A stretch of 64,000 nt of DNA. Origin: an uncultured Gammaproteobacteria bacterium. Lineage in GTDB: Bacteria > Pseudomonadota > Gammaproteobacteria > QNFE01 > CAZPSE01. A program made the position numbers and the translations under genes. Shown one piece after another: positions 19,807-30,890 of this stretch. Numbering within the stretch: position 1 is the first letter of the stretch; each line of letters begins with the position of its first letter. The stretch lies in assembly GCA_964589575.1 (NCBI GenBank), contig CAZPSE010000005.1, forward strand, positions 1,611 through 65,610. Reading direction: 5' to 3'. The notes under the pieces were generated by a model that worked only from the letters and a program-made list of their open reading frames with translations, ran no database searches and was not told the origin of the DNA.

Positions 19807-21069
19807 ATGATGACAGATGTAAAACAGTATATGGACAAGCTTGGTAAACAAGCCAAACAAGCTGCAAGGATAATTAGTGCGGCAAGTACAGAACAAAAAA
19901 ATAATGCACTAAATGCTATCGCAAAGCTATTGCTAGACAATGCACAAAACATTATGCTCGAAAACAAAAAGGATATGCAAGCGGGTAAACAGCGCGCTTT
20001 AGACGATGCATTATTAGACCGACTAATGTTAGATGAAAATAGAATTGAATCTATGGCGCAAAGCTTGCAACAAATAGCTACTTTGGCAGACCCTATTGGA
20101 TCAATTACCAATTTAGAAAGCCGTCCATCGGGCATACAAGTGGGCAAAATGCGTGTACCTTTAGGTGTGATTGGCATAATTTATGAGTCGCGCCCCAATG
20201 TAACGGCAGATGCGGCGGCGTTGTGTTTAAAGTCTGGCAATGCCACTATTTTACGTGGCGGGTCAGAAGCTAAATATTCTAACCAAGCTATTGCCAAATG
20301 TATAAAGCAAGGTTTGGCAAATGCCGGCTTGCCAGACGAAGTGGTGCAAGTAATAGAAACAACCGATAGAGAAGCAGTAGGTTGTTTATTAACCATGAAC
20401 AATTATGTAGACGTGATAATCCCTCGTGGTGGAAAAAGTTTAATAGAGCGAGTAAGCCAAGATGCAACCATAGCCGTAATTAAACATTTAGACGGCATTT
20501 GTCATGTTTATATAGATGATGATGCTGATGTGGAAAAAGCGGTTGCCATAGCAGACAACGCCAAAACACATAGATACGGTGTATGCAACGCGATGGAAAC
20601 ACTATTAGTTGCACAAAGTATGGCAAGTAAAGTGTTGCTACCACTGGCGGATATTTACCATAAAAAAGGGGTAGAATTGCGAGGTTGTGACAAAACATAC
20701 CGTATATTGTCAGGCATAAAAAAGGCAACGGCTGAAGACTGGGACACTGAGTATTTAGCACCGATATTGTCGATAAAAATAGTGGACGATATGCAGCAAG
20801 CGATGGATCATATAGCCGAGCACAGTTCTCAACATACAGAAACCATCGTTACCGAAAATTATGCTAAAGCCAGAACATTTTTGCGCCAAGTCGACTCAAG
20901 CTCGGTAATGGTAAATGCATCAACACGTTTTGCAGACGGTTTTGAATACGGCTTAGGAGCAGAAATTGGCATAAGTACAGACAAATTGCACGTACGTGGC
21001 CCAGTAGGTATAGAGGGTTTAACCACGCAAAAATATGTAGTGTTGGGTGATGGGCATATCCGTAGTTAA
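19807..21069 (+). CDS. proA: Gamma-glutamyl phosphate reductase
   Basis: [29 protein letters not shown] and [23 protein letters not shown] are ProA (ALDH-like) motifs. 420 aa. Confidence 0.95.
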   Translation: MMTDVKQYMDKLGKQAKQAARIISAASTEQKNNALNAIAKLLLDNAQNIMLENKKDMQAGKQRALDDALLDRLMLDENRIESMAQSLQQIATLADPIGSITNLESRPSGIQVGKMRVPLGVIGIIYESRPNVTADAAALCLKSGNATILRGGSEAKYSNQAIAKCIKQGLANAGLPDEVVQVIETTDREAVGCLLTMNNYVDVIIPRGGKSLIERVSQDATIAVIKHLDGICHVYIDDDADVEKAVAIADNAKTHRYGVCNAMETLLVAQSMASKVLLPLADIYHKKGVELRGCDKTYRILSGIKKATAEDWDTEYLAPILSIKIVDDMQQAMDHIAEHSSQHTETIVTENYAKARTFLRQVDSSSVMVNASTRFADGFEYGLGAEIGISTDKLHVRGPVGIEGLTTQKYVVLGDGHIRS

Positions 21070-21084
21070 AACCAAAATACAGCT

Positions 21085-21699
21085 GTGAAAACTCGATGCA
21101 TAATGGGCGGGCGATTTGACCCTGTACATAACGCCCACATACAAACGGCGTTAGATGTTTGTTTGCAGTTTAAAATAGATGTTTTGCATTTAGTACCGAC
21201 CTTTAATCCTCCACATAGACAATCTGCTACTGCGAGTTTTAAACAACGGTGCGACATGCTAAAACTGGCAGTAGAAAAAACAGGTATAGAACGTTTAACT
21301 GTTTTGGTAGATAAGTGTGAAAGCCTGCGTGAAGAGAAGTCTTACAGTGTTTTTACTGTTGAGCATGTAAAAGTACAATTTCCAAAAGATCGCCTGTATT
21401 TTATGATGGGCAGTGATGCCTTTTTGAACTTTGATACATGGTATAATTGGCAACAGTTATTGCAACTTTGTACGGTGGTGGTAGACCAACGACCGGGCGA
21501 CAGTATCAATAAAATAAATGAAAAACGGATGAGTTTGTTACAAACAGTGCCAAAAGCCAATATACAGTTTGCTAAAGTGCAGCAATTGCCCATTTCGTCT
21601 TCTCAGATAAGAGACAATTTAAAGCAAGGGGTCGACGCTACAGGCATGTTGGCCAGCAACGTTTTAAGTTTTATAAAAAACCAAAAGTTATATCAGTAA
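21085..21699 (+). CDS. nadD: Nicotinate-nucleotide adenylyltransferase
   Basis: GGRFDPVHNAH (HxGH motif) and a C-terminal ISSSQIR (E. coli ISATIIR). Length matches E. coli NadD. Confidence 0.9.
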   Translation: MKTRCIMGGRFDPVHNAHIQTALDVCLQFKIDVLHLVPTFNPPHRQSATASFKQRCDMLKLAVEKTGIERLTVLVDKCESLREEKSYSVFTVEHVKVQFPKDRLYFMMGSDAFLNFDTWYNWQQLLQLCTVVVDQRPGDSINKINEKRMSLLQTVPKANIQFAKVQQLPISSSQIRDNLKQGVDATGMLASNVLSFIKNQKLYQ

Positions 21700-21724
21700 A
21701 TAACCTGAGCTTAATAAAAAAATA

Positions 21725-22069
21725 ATGCAAAATAAATTTGAAAAAATCGTAAAGGATGCGATTGAAGATTTAAAAGGACAAGACATTTTAACAATAGACG
21801 TAAAGAATAAATCGAGCGTCGCCGATGTCATGATAATAGCGACTGGACGTTCTGATCGGCATGTTCGGTCGATTGCAGAAAACGTGGTGTTAAAATCAAA
21901 ACGTGCTGGTAATCAGCCATTAGGCGCAGAAGGTTTACAAAACAGCAACTGGGTATTAGTAGACCTTGGCGATATTTTGGTTCATATTATGACAGCCGAT
22001 GCGCGTGAATTTTATAGCTTAGAAAAGCTATGGAGTGCAACGTACGAGTCTGATACTAGCGAAGCCTAA
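21725..22069 (+). CDS. rsfS: Ribosomal silencing factor RsfS (Iojap)
   Basis: About 114 aa Iojap-like protein (DILTIDVKNKSSVADVMIIATGRSDRHVRSIAENV). Conserved position between nadD and rlmH. Confidence 0.85.
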   Translation: MQNKFEKIVKDAIEDLKGQDILTIDVKNKSSVADVMIIATGRSDRHVRSIAENVVLKSKRAGNQPLGAEGLQNSNWVLVDLGDILVHIMTADAREFYSLEKLWSATYESDTSEA

Positions 22070-22080
22070 AACAGTATGAA

Positions 22081-22551
22081 ATGAAAATCACGTTACTCGC
22101 AGTCGGAAATAAAATGCCAGATTGGGTGGTAAAAGGTTTTAACGATTACCAAAAAAGGTTACAAACCTACCCGTTTAGCTTAATCGAAATTCAACCCGTT
22201 AAACGCTCTAAAACCTTATCAGAAAATAAAATTTGTCAGCTAGAAGGCGATAAGATTTTAGCGAAAATAGAAAACAATATGCACGTAGTCGCCTTAGAAG
22301 TGACCGGCAAAGTAATGGCAACAGAACAGTTGGCCATTCAGCTAAATAACTGGATGCAAACCACGCCGCATTTATGTTTAATTATTGGCGGTCCAGACGG
22401 GTTGTCTGCAGACGTATTAAACCGTGCTAATCAAAAATGGTCGTTATCACCGCTTACGTTTCCTCATCCTATTGCACGGTTAATTGTTGTAGAACAAATC
22501 TACCGTGCATGGTCTATCAATAATAACCATCCGTATCATCGGGCCGGTTAA
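22081..22551 (+). CDS. rlmH: 23S rRNA (pseudouridine1915-N3)-methyltransferase
   Basis: MKITLLAVGNKMPDWVVKGFNDYQKRL...CLIIGGPDGLS is the SPOUT RlmH signature. 156 aa. Confidence 0.9.
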   Translation: MKITLLAVGNKMPDWVVKGFNDYQKRLQTYPFSLIEIQPVKRSKTLSENKICQLEGDKILAKIENNMHVVALEVTGKVMATEQLAIQLNNWMQTTPHLCLIIGGPDGLSADVLNRANQKWSLSPLTFPHPIARLIVVEQIYRAWSINNNHPYHRAG

Positions 22552-22578
22552 ATTACAAAAGTATAAGAGCCGCTCATT

Positions 22579-24039
22579 ATGAATAATGAAATATTAATTA
22601 ACGTCAACCCTCAAGAAATTCGTGTTGCACAAGTCAGCAACGCCAGCTTGCAAGAAGTGTGCATAGAAAGAAAAAGCAGACGTGGTTTAGTAGGCAATAT
22701 TTATAAAGGTAAAGTCGTTAGAGTTTTACCGGGTATGGAAGCCGTTTTTGTAGACATCAATTTAGAAAAGGCCGGTTTTTTACACGTAACGGACATTGCA
22801 GAAAGCCAAATTAGAACCGACGACGGTGCCATACAGCAAGTGCCTATTCAGCAAATTCTTCGCGAAGGTCAAGACGTTTTAGTACAAGTAACCAAAGACC
22901 CAATGGGTACAAAAGGCGCTCGGCTGTCTACGCACTTGTCTGTTGCATCGCGTTACTTAGTGTTAATGCCTAATGATTCGACCTTGGGCGTATCTAGTAA
23001 AATAGAAAATGAAGCAGAACGTAATCGATTAAAAAAATTATTAACCGGAGAAATTGCGCAAGACAAAGGCTGCATTATCAGAACCGCAGCAGAAGGAGTA
23101 GAAGAAAGCTCGTTATGTAATGATTTTGGCTTTTTATGCAAAGTTTGGCATGGCATAGAAGAGCAATACAGAACCGCTAAATGCGGCACGATTGTTTACC
23201 AAGATTTACCCCTAGCTTTAAAAACACTAAGGGATATTAATACTAATGATGTTAAGCGCGTATTGGTTGACTCACGAATAACCGTGCAAAAAATGAAAGC
23301 CTTTGCGGCTGAATACATACCAACTTTAGTAGATAAAATTGAACATTATTCTGGCGAAGGCCCTATTTTTGATATTTATGGCATTGAAGATGAACTAAAA
23401 AACAGCTTAGGCAAAAAAGTGTTATTAAAGTCGGGTGGTTATTTAATTATTGATCAAACCGAAGCCATGACCACTATTGATGTAAATACAGGTGGTTATG
23501 TAGGGCATAAAAATTTAGAAGAAACCATTTATCGCACCAATTTAGAAGCATCACAAGCCTTAGCCCGTCAGTTAAGACTAAGAAACTTGGGCGGTATTAT
23601 TATTGTCGATTTTATAGACATGTTGCGCAATGAACATAAAAAACAAGTAATAAATGCCCTAGAAAAAGAACTAGAAAAAGACCACGCCAAAACCCATGTA
23701 TGTGATGTGTCGCCACTAGGGCTGGTAGAAATGACCCGAAAACGCACACGAGAAAGCCTAGAACATATATTGTGTGAAGCGTGCCCAACTTGCCATGGTA
23801 TAGGAACAGTAAAAACACCACAAACGGTTTGTTACGACACCTTTAGAGAAATACTACGCCAAACACGCCAGTTTGAAGTATCTAAATTACTGGTCATTGC
23901 CTCGCAAGATGTAATCGACATGTTATTAGACGAAGAAGCACAAAGTTTAGCAGGCTTAGAAGAATTTATAGATGTGCCAATACGGTTACAAGTAGAGTCG
24001 ACTTACAGCCAACAACAATTTGATGTGGTACTGGTTTAA
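22579..24039 (+). CDS. rng: Ribonuclease G
   Basis: S1 domain (VGNIYKGKVVRVLPGMEAVFVDI) plus an RNase E/G catalytic core. 486 aa versus 489 aa in E. coli. Followed by yhdP as in E. coli. Confidence 0.9.
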   Translation: MNNEILINVNPQEIRVAQVSNASLQEVCIERKSRRGLVGNIYKGKVVRVLPGMEAVFVDINLEKAGFLHVTDIAESQIRTDDGAIQQVPIQQILREGQDVLVQVTKDPMGTKGARLSTHLSVASRYLVLMPNDSTLGVSSKIENEAERNRLKKLLTGEIAQDKGCIIRTAAEGVEESSLCNDFGFLCKVWHGIEEQYRTAKCGTIVYQDLPLALKTLRDINTNDVKRVLVDSRITVQKMKAFAAEYIPTLVDKIEHYSGEGPIFDIYGIEDELKNSLGKKVLLKSGGYLIIDQTEAMTTIDVNTGGYVGHKNLEETIYRTNLEASQALARQLRLRNLGGIIIVDFIDMLRNEHKKQVINALEKELEKDHAKTHVCDVSPLGLVEMTRKRTRESLEHILCEACPTCHGIGTVKTPQTVCYDTFREILRQTRQFEVSKLLVIASQDVIDMLLDEEAQSLAGLEEFIDVPIRLQVESTYSQQQFDVVLV

Positions 24040-24212
24040 CGCCCTAATACTGATAAATAGCGAATACAAAAATGCCACAATCTTTTAATGCACCTAGCAA
24101 TACTAAAAATCGTTTCATCACCAATAAAGTGACAACGATGCTTTTAGTTTGCCTATGCACATCAAATGATTAGCGCCTTTTTACCTTTTTATATGAGGTT
24201 AGGGTAGTCATT
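24040..24212. repeat. About 175-bp inverted-repeat-bounded element, copy 1 (upstream of yhdP)
   Basis: About 85% identical to 28030..28207. Shared core AAAATGCCACAATC.TTTAATGCACCTAG..A.ACTAAAAATCGT.TCATCACCAATAA.GTGAC.ACGA...CCTATGCACATCAAATGATTA. Its inverted repeats are degraded (CGCCCTAATACTG...TATATGAGGTTAGGG). Confidence 0.6.
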
Positions 24213-24214
24213 TT

Positions 24215-27200
24215 ATGATTTTTTCTTTCATAAAAAAGGCAACCGTTGTTTGTATTTATTGTGCGGTAGGTGTGTTGTTTGTTTTTGCCGTAATTATTAG
24301 CCTAGCTCGTTCGGTTAACCCCATTGCACAACAGTTAAGTGGTAAGTTTACAAATGCGCTAGAAAGTGCATTATCACTGCCCGTCAAGCTAGAATCGTTT
24401 GAAATTTCGTGGTCAGAAAGTAACCCCATTATTTGGTTTAACCAAGTAACGCTTGGTGAAAATGACAATAAATTGAAAGCAAAACATGTGGTGGCCACGG
24501 TCGATTTAAAATCGACACTATTTGCGCAAAAAATAGTGTTTAAAAAAATAACATTAGACGGCGTTATTTTAAGAGTTGAATATAATTCTGAACAATATGA
24601 TCAACAAAAAACAGCCAATATTAAGCGTAAGGCTATTCAAGTTACCCAAGTAAAAAATGAAAAAAACACACCAAAAGCCATTATATCTTGGCTTAGCTCG
24701 ATAGATGAATTGCAGTTAAAAAACTCTACAATTGAGTTGCTTCATAATGGTAAAGAAACCGTATTTACCGGAATCAATTTAGATATAGCAAATATCAAAG
24801 AGCGTCATAAACTAAAGTTGCAGATTGTTTTTCCTCAAAAAATAGGTAACAAATTAACGCTAATTCTAGATGCAAATGGCGACCCTCATTCAAGCAATAA
24901 ATGGGGTGGACAAATTTATATTGAGGCAGAAAATTTAAATTTAACTTGGTTGGCCGAAGAATTTACAGAAATCCCCGTAGCGTTTTTATCTGGCAAGTCC
25001 AGTTTTAAAATTTGGAGCCATTGGAATCAAGGAAAGGTTCAACGCATTCATGTTAGCAGTTTAAACAAAAATATTAGTTTAAAAGTAAATGACCATTCCA
25101 TTAAAGCGGATCAATTAAATACAGAGTTTTGGCTTAGTTATATAAATGATGAATGGCTATTGAAAAGTAATAATATTTATTACCGCCAAGGGGACACCAC
25201 ATGGGACAGTGGCAATGTATTGTTAAGCTATGTTGATAAAAACCAAACGGTTAAATTGGATGGTTTTATAGAGCAATTAGACATAGCCCTAATAAGAAAA
25301 AAGTTGCGCAAGCTAAACTTTGATGATCAATCCATACCCCAAATAAACGGAAAATTAGACAACGTTCTTTTTTATTACTATAAAAATAAGCTAGCACCAA
25401 ACTATGGTTTTTATACAAAAATTAAGCAGTTAGATATTATTAAAAGCCCCAACAATATTGGCATAAGCAATTTTTCGGGAAAACTATTAATAAAAAATAA
25501 TGTTGGCTTGTTGCAAAGCACGATAAAAAACGGCGTGTTTAATAGCAACGGGCTTTTTAGAAAAACCATTAGTATTAAACAACTTAACGGTTTAATTAAG
25601 TTTGAAGTAAATAAAAACTGGCGTTTAAGTTCACAGTCACTTTATATTGAAACGCCAAATTTAAAGGCACATACAGAGTTTGATATTTATAAAAAAGCAG
25701 ATGAAGAAGCGGATGTTAACGTTAATGCTAAAATAATTAATGTCAAATCTGAAGATATTCAACACTACTTACCTGTTCAAATAATGTCTACCGATTTAGT
25801 AAATTGGTTAGATAAAAGCATAAAAAAAGGCAAAGTAAACGAAACGTACGTTTTAATGCGTGGCAATATGAAAGACTTTCCATTTGACAAAAGTAGAGGG
25901 GTTTTTGATATTGGTTTTGATACGCAAAATGTCAAATTAGATTATGAATACAATTGGCCAATTTTAAAAAATATAGATGCTAATGTCCGTTTTTATGCCA
26001 ATAAAATGACTATAAAAGGCCATCAAGCAACGTTAAATAAAGTGCAATTTAAACATTTAATGGTAAGAATTGACGATTTAAATAAACCCTATTTAAAAAT
26101 AAAAGCGCAAGGAATAGGAACGCTTAGCAACTACAAAGACTTTATTAAAAACTCACCGTTACAATCTAAATTAGGTGCATTTGTAGACCAATTTGATTTT
26201 TATGGCAAAGCACAACTAAAATTAAATGCCCTATTTGATTTAGACGGCAACGACTTGCCAAAAATAAAAGGCAATTTATCGCTTAAAAAAGCCAGGCTGG
26301 ATTCGACAACCATTAAATTACAATTAAAAAATATAATGGGTGATATAACGTTTACCGAAAATGAAGTTAGTGCTAAAAATATTAAATTAAAACTGCTAGA
26401 TGAAAACTGGGTTTTAAAAGCGACAACATTAAAAAATACAAAAAATGAGGCCATCGCTACCCGAGTAAACTTGACAGGGTTGCTTGACCCTAAAAAAGTA
26501 GTGAACCAATATTTAGACTTTTCGAATTTAAAAACATCAGGAAAATCAATTTGGCAGGTTAAAATCAATATTCCAATTACCGATGAACTGCCTAAACCTG
26601 TTGTTTCGTTAAACTTTAAAAGTGATTTAAAAGGCGTAGCAATAAATTATCCGTATCCGTTAAATAAAATATCGAAAAACAAAAGTACATTTAATTTGAA
26701 TTTAAAGTTACCCAATGTAGACAATAATGTTTATGTTAATGCGTCCCTTAAAAATGTAATTAAAATAAAACAACGTTGGCAAGCCGGCGAAAAATGGCTT
26801 TTAAAACGTTCTAATACAATAATTAGCAATGCAAAAAAAGCGAAAAAAACCATTCGTTTTTCAACGGCAATTCATCAATTAAAGGTTGATGTTAAAGGCG
26901 CTAATGTTGACGATTGGGTGTTGGCATTGGAAGATAAAAATAAAAGTGAAACTCCAGCAATATCCTTGCATAGCTTGTTTGATAAGGTAAACATATCTTT
27001 GCAAAAAAGTATTTATAATAAAAAACCAATAGCTGTATTTAAGGCGAATATTCAAGAAAAAAAGAGTGCTTTTCATTATAAAATTACTTCGGACTTTATA
27101 AGTGGGCAAATAACCGTACCAAAAAATAAAAACAATAAATTAAATATTAATTTGGATTTGTTTAATGCCGATTATTTAGCGACAGATAAGCAAAACAAAG

Positions 27201-28039
27201 ATTGGACTTTATCCAATACACCTTCTTTACAACTTAAAATTAAAAAATTAATTGTGTCGAAAATTGCGATAGATAAAGTAGAGTTAACGACAATAAGTAA
27301 ACAAAATACAGTTAAAATAGAGAAATTGGGCTTTAAAAACCCCTACATGACTTTTTCATCGTCTGGTCGTTGGTGGGGTAAAAGTGATGATGAAACACAA
27401 ACTAATTTACAATTTTTAATTAAAACCGATAACTTAGGAAAGGCGTTATCTCGTTTTAATTTTAATGAAAGTTTTGAAGCGGGGAAAGGTAGTTTTTCGG
27501 GTGATTTTACTTGGCCAGGGTCGTTAACCAATGCCTCACTTGCGGACCTTAATGGGTATTTCTCACTTGATTTAAAAGAAGGAACCATGAAAGAAGTTGA
27601 CCCAGGTGTGGGACGTGTTTTTGGCTTGTTTAGTTTGCAAGCATTACCTAAAAGGTTGTTTTTAGATTTTAGTGATGTGGTTGGATCGGGTTTAGAATAT
27701 AAGACAATAAAAGGCAATTTTAAAATTACCAACGGTAATGCTTTTACTCACGATTTAAAAATGGACAGCACCATTGGTGAAGTTTACGTAACAGGAAGAA
27801 CAGGTTTGGCAGATAAAGATTATGATCAAAAATTAAAATTTATCCCATCGTTTTTTACTAACTTACCCTTAGTAGGGGTGTTAGCCGCAGGGCCACAGGT
27901 GGGGCTAACCGTTTTGATAGTAGAAGCCTTTTTGAAAAGCATAGGTGCCGATATTAGCAAAGCCAGCGCAATTAATTATAGACTAACAGGAACTTGGGAT
28001 AACTCGAAAATGGAAGTGGATACTCGAGTTAATAACTGA
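24215..28039 (+). CDS. yhdP: AsmA-like inner-membrane protein YhdP
   Basis: 1274 aa with an N-terminal TM anchor and a long beta-rich body. 1266 aa in E. coli, where it also lies immediately downstream of rng. Confidence 0.8.
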   Translation: MIFSFIKKATVVCIYCAVGVLFVFAVIISLARSVNPIAQQLSGKFTNALESALSLPVKLESFEISWSESNPIIWFNQVTLGENDNKLKAKHVVATVDLKSTLFAQKIVFKKITLDGVILRVEYNSEQYDQQKTANIKRKAIQVTQVKNEKNTPKAIISWLSSIDELQLKNSTIELLHNGKETVFTGINLDIANIKERHKLKLQIVFPQKIGNKLTLILDANGDPHSSNKWGGQIYIEAENLNLTWLAEEFTEIPVAFLSGKSSFKIWSHWNQGKVQRIHVSSLNKNISLKVNDHSIKADQLNTEFWLSYINDEWLLKSNNIYYRQGDTTWDSGNVLLSYVDKNQTVKLDGFIEQLDIALIRKKLRKLNFDDQSIPQINGKLDNVLFYYYKNKLAPNYGFYTKIKQLDIIKSPNNIGISNFSGKLLIKNNVGLLQSTIKNGVFNSNGLFRKTISIKQLNGLIKFEVNKNWRLSSQSLYIETPNLKAHTEFDIYKKADEEADVNVNAKIINVKSEDIQHYLPVQIMSTDLVNWLDKSIKKGKVNETYVLMRGNMKDFPFDKSRGVFDIGFDTQNVKLDYEYNWPILKNIDANVRFYANKMTIKGHQATLNKVQFKHLMVRIDDLNKPYLKIKAQGIGTLSNYKDFIKNSPLQSKLGAFVDQFDFYGKAQLKLNALFDLDGNDLPKIKGNLSLKKARLDSTTIKLQLKNIMGDITFTENEVSAKNIKLKLLDENWVLKATTLKNTKNEAIATRVNLTGLLDPKKVVNQYLDFSNLKTSGKSIWQVKINIPITDELPKPVVSLNFKSDLKGVAINYPYPLNKISKNKSTFNLNLKLPNVDNNVYVNASLKNVIKIKQRWQAGEKWLLKRSNTIISNAKKAKKTIRFSTAIHQLKVDVKGANVDDWVLALEDKNKSETPAISLHSLFDKVNISLQKSIYNKKPIAVFKANIQEKKSAFHYKITSDFISGQITVPKNKNNKLNINLDLFNADYLATDKQNKDWTLSNTPSLQLKIKKLIVSKIAIDKVELTTISKQNTVKIEKLGFKNPYMTFSSSGRWWGKSDDETQTNLQFLIKTDNLGKALSRFNFNESFEAGKGSFSGDFTWPGSLTNASLADLNGYFSLDLKEGTMKEVDPGVGRVFGLFSLQALPKRLFLDFSDVVGSGLEYKTIKGNFKITNGNAFTHDLKMDSTIGEVYVTGRTGLADKDYDQKLKFIPSFFTNLPLVGVLAAGPQVGLTVLIVEAFLKSIGADISKASAINYRLTGTWDNSKMEVDTRVNN

Positions 28040-28207
28040 GCCCTAATCCTCATATAGAAAACATAAAAATGCCACAATCCTTTAATGCACCTAGTAAAAC
28101 TAAAAATCGTCTCATCACCAATAAGGTGACCACGACGTTTTTAATTTCCCTATGCACATCAAATGATTACACCCGTTTCACATTTCTATATGAGGATTAG
28201 GGCTAAG
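28030..28207. repeat. About 175-bp inverted-repeat-bounded element, copy 2 (downstream of yhdP)
   Basis: Perfect 18-bp terminal inverted repeats GCCCTAATCCTCATATAG ... CTATATGAGGATTAGGGC. Interior is homologous to 24040..24212. Confidence 0.65.
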
Positions 28208-28214
28208 TTATTAG

Positions 28215-28547
28215 ATGAATAATAAAATCATAATTTTACTTTTGTTACTTAACAGTTCACCCGTTTTATCAGAAACGTATTATTTGTCTGCAGACATTTG
28301 GGCAAGCCCCAGAAGCGCGCTGTCTGTTAGCCAAATGCCCGCAATAAATAGCGCCGTGCTAAAATGGCAAAAGTCTACAGATTCTACATTAGAAATTTTG
28401 TATCCAGGTGGCGAAAATGGAGAACTTTGGGCAAGTGAATTAAAAGATTGGTTAATAAGTTTGGGCATTCCTGAACAATCTACACGGCTAAACTCTGGAA
28501 GTGCTTTCGCAGATAAAATACAAATATCTATCCAAAAAAATGAATAA
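28215..28547 (+). CDS. Hypothetical small secreted protein
   Basis: 110 aa with an N-terminal hydrophobic signal (IIILLLLLNSSPVLS). No family recognised. Confidence 0.4.
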   Translation: MNNKIIILLLLLNSSPVLSETYYLSADIWASPRSALSVSQMPAINSAVLKWQKSTDSTLEILYPGGENGELWASELKDWLISLGIPEQSTRLNSGSAFADKIQISIQKNE

Positions 28548-28585
28548 TTATCAATTAATTTTAGCTAATAAAACCGAGAAAGTTT

Positions 28586-29395
28586 GTGAATAAAATAGCG
28601 GCTATTCAAATGGCATCGGGCCCCAATGTAGATGCCAACCTTGCCCAAGTAAAACTATTAATAGAGCAGGCGGTAGAGCAAAAAGCTCAATTAATCCTCT
28701 TACCAGAAAACTTTGCATGTATACCCGTTTTAGATAAAGATATATTGAAAGTGGCAGAAATAGAAGGCCAAGGAACAATTCAAAAATTTATATCGGCACT
28801 TGCCAAAGACAACAATGTTTGGATAGTTGCCGGCAGTGTACCTATAGTTGGTGAATTAGAAAATAAAATAAAGCAGTCGCTATTGGTTTATAACAACCTT
28901 GGTAAGCAAGTTGCACGTTATGACAAAATTCATTTGTTTGATGTATTAATTGAAGAAAGTAACGAAAGTTATACCGAGTCTGACTTGACAGAAGCGGGTA
29001 AGGAAACGGTAGTGATAGATAGCCCAATTGGCAAGTTAGGTTTATCCATTTGTTATGACTTGCGTTTTCCCGAGCTTTACAGACAACTGCAAATAAAAGG
29101 TGCAGAAATTTTATTGGTTCCCAGTTCATTTACAAAAATTACTGGCCTAGCGCATTGGCAACCGTTGTTACAAGCCAGAGCAATTGAAAATTTGTCTTAT
29201 GTAGTCGCCGCCGGTCAAGGTGGTTATCATGTAAATGGCCGAGAAACTTATGGGCATTCGATGATTATTGATCCATGGGGTAGAATTATTAACGCATTAG
29301 GCGATGGAACGGGTGTAGTAGTTGCGCCAATAGACCTAGCACGTATAAAACAAACACGAAAAAGTTTTCCGGCTCTTTTGCATAGAAAACTTTAA
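28586..29395 (+). CDS. Carbon-nitrogen hydrolase (nitrilase superfamily)
   Basis: E-K-C catalytic triad context (LILLPENF ... LGLSICYDLRFPE). 269 aa. Confidence 0.85.
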   Translation: MNKIAAIQMASGPNVDANLAQVKLLIEQAVEQKAQLILLPENFACIPVLDKDILKVAEIEGQGTIQKFISALAKDNNVWIVAGSVPIVGELENKIKQSLLVYNNLGKQVARYDKIHLFDVLIEESNESYTESDLTEAGKETVVIDSPIGKLGLSICYDLRFPELYRQLQIKGAEILLVPSSFTKITGLAHWQPLLQARAIENLSYVVAAGQGGYHVNGRETYGHSMIIDPWGRIINALGDGTGVVVAPIDLARIKQTRKSFPALLHRKL

Positions 29396-29423
29396 ACATT
29401 AGTAAAACACAGGCAACCTTTAG

Positions 29424-30878
29424 ATGGATGACGCATTACACCTTGCAGAAAAAAAATTATTAACCCCAACAGGTTTGTCGCTGTCCGACATTCCAAAACT
29501 TTTATCGGGTTTGCAATCTAAAAATATAGACTATGGGGATTTATATTTTCAATATACCGAACAAGAGTCTTGGGTGATTGAAGACAGCATAATTAAAGAA
29601 GGTGCTTTTAATATTGAACAAGGCGTGGGCGTGCGCGCCATTGCTGGAGAAAAAACAGGCTTCGCTTATTCGGACGATATAAGTGTTGCAACTATTTTAG
29701 ACGCATCACAAACTGCTAGTGCCATTGGTAACGAAACCAGTAGTGTAAAAATCAAGCAAATAAAGGGCGCTAGCGTCGACCCCTTGTATACACAAACAAA
29801 CCCAATTACAGCGTTAGAGTCTTTAGAAAAAATAGAATTACTTAAAAGAGCAGACAAATTAGCCAGGTCTATAGACAGCCATGTAATTCAAGTTATCGCC
29901 TCATTAAGCAGTGTTAGTGAGCATATATTAGTGACGGCTACCGATGGCACCTTAGCTGCAGACATTCGCCCACTGGTGCGCTTTAATGTAACGGTGATTG
30001 TTGAAAAAAACGGCAAAAAAGAATCCGCATCGTCAGGCGGCGGCGGCAGGTTTAGTCTAGCTGAGTTATTAAAAAAGCAAGACGGCATAGACCCAATAGA
30101 GCTTTATGTAAAAAGAGCGGTAAGGCAAGCCAATGTTAATTTAGATGCCGTCGTTGCACCAGCTGGCACTATGGAGGTGGTATTAGCCTCTGGCTGGCCA
30201 GGCATATTATTGCACGAAGCGGTAGGACACGGTTTAGAAGGTGACTTTAACCGCAAAGGCTCGTCTGCATTTAGTGGCAAAGTAGGGCAAAAAGTTGCGT
30301 CCGATTTATGCACAATTGTAGATGATGCAACCCTTAAAGACAGACGCGGTTCTTTGACCATTGATGATGAAGGCACGCAAGGCCAATACACCACACTAAT
30401 TGAAAACGGTGTACTAAAAGGCTATATGCAAGACAAACTAAACGCACGACTAATGAAAACCCATGCCACAGGTAATGGCCGACGAGAGTCTTTTGCACAC
30501 TTACCTATGCCACGCATGACCAATACTTATATGCTTGCAGGCAACCACGAAGAAGAAGAAATAATCGCCTCGGTTAAAGATGGTTTATATTGCGCTAATT
30601 TTGGTGGGGGTCAGGTAGACATTACATCGGGTAAATTTGTTTTTACCGCATCCGAAGCCTATTTAATAAAAGACGGAAAAATAGGCGCAGCAGTTAAAGG
30701 CGCAACATTAATTGGCAACGGGCCAGAAGCCATGCAACATGTGTCTATGGTTGGTAATGACATGCAGTTAGATTCTGGCGTAGGAACATGCGGCAAAGAA
30801 GGGCAATCTGTACCTGTAGGTGTGGGTCAACCGATGCTTAAATTAGACCAATTAACGGTTGGCGGTACAGAAACTTAG
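29424..30878 (+). CDS. tldD: Metalloprotease TldD
   Basis: [22 protein letters not shown] zinc motif. 484 aa versus 481 aa for E. coli TldD. Confidence 0.9.
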   Translation: MDDALHLAEKKLLTPTGLSLSDIPKLLSGLQSKNIDYGDLYFQYTEQESWVIEDSIIKEGAFNIEQGVGVRAIAGEKTGFAYSDDISVATILDASQTASAIGNETSSVKIKQIKGASVDPLYTQTNPITALESLEKIELLKRADKLARSIDSHVIQVIASLSSVSEHILVTATDGTLAADIRPLVRFNVTVIVEKNGKKESASSGGGGRFSLAELLKKQDGIDPIELYVKRAVRQANVNLDAVVAPAGTMEVVLASGWPGILLHEAVGHGLEGDFNRKGSSAFSGKVGQKVASDLCTIVDDATLKDRRGSLTIDDEGTQGQYTTLIENGVLKGYMQDKLNARLMKTHATGNGRRESFAHLPMPRMTNTYMLAGNHEEEEIIASVKDGLYCANFGGGQVDITSGKFVFTASEAYLIKDGKIGAAVKGATLIGNGPEAMQHVSMVGNDMQLDSGVGTCGKEGQSVPVGVGQPMLKLDQLTVGGTET

Positions 30879-30890
30879 GCTAAGAGGCGT

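Noticed and set aside
19797-20177. 126-aa minus-strand ORF overlapping the proA start
   Set aside because: Antisense to proA. The Cys/Ser-rich composition is typical of shadow ORFs in AT-rich DNA.
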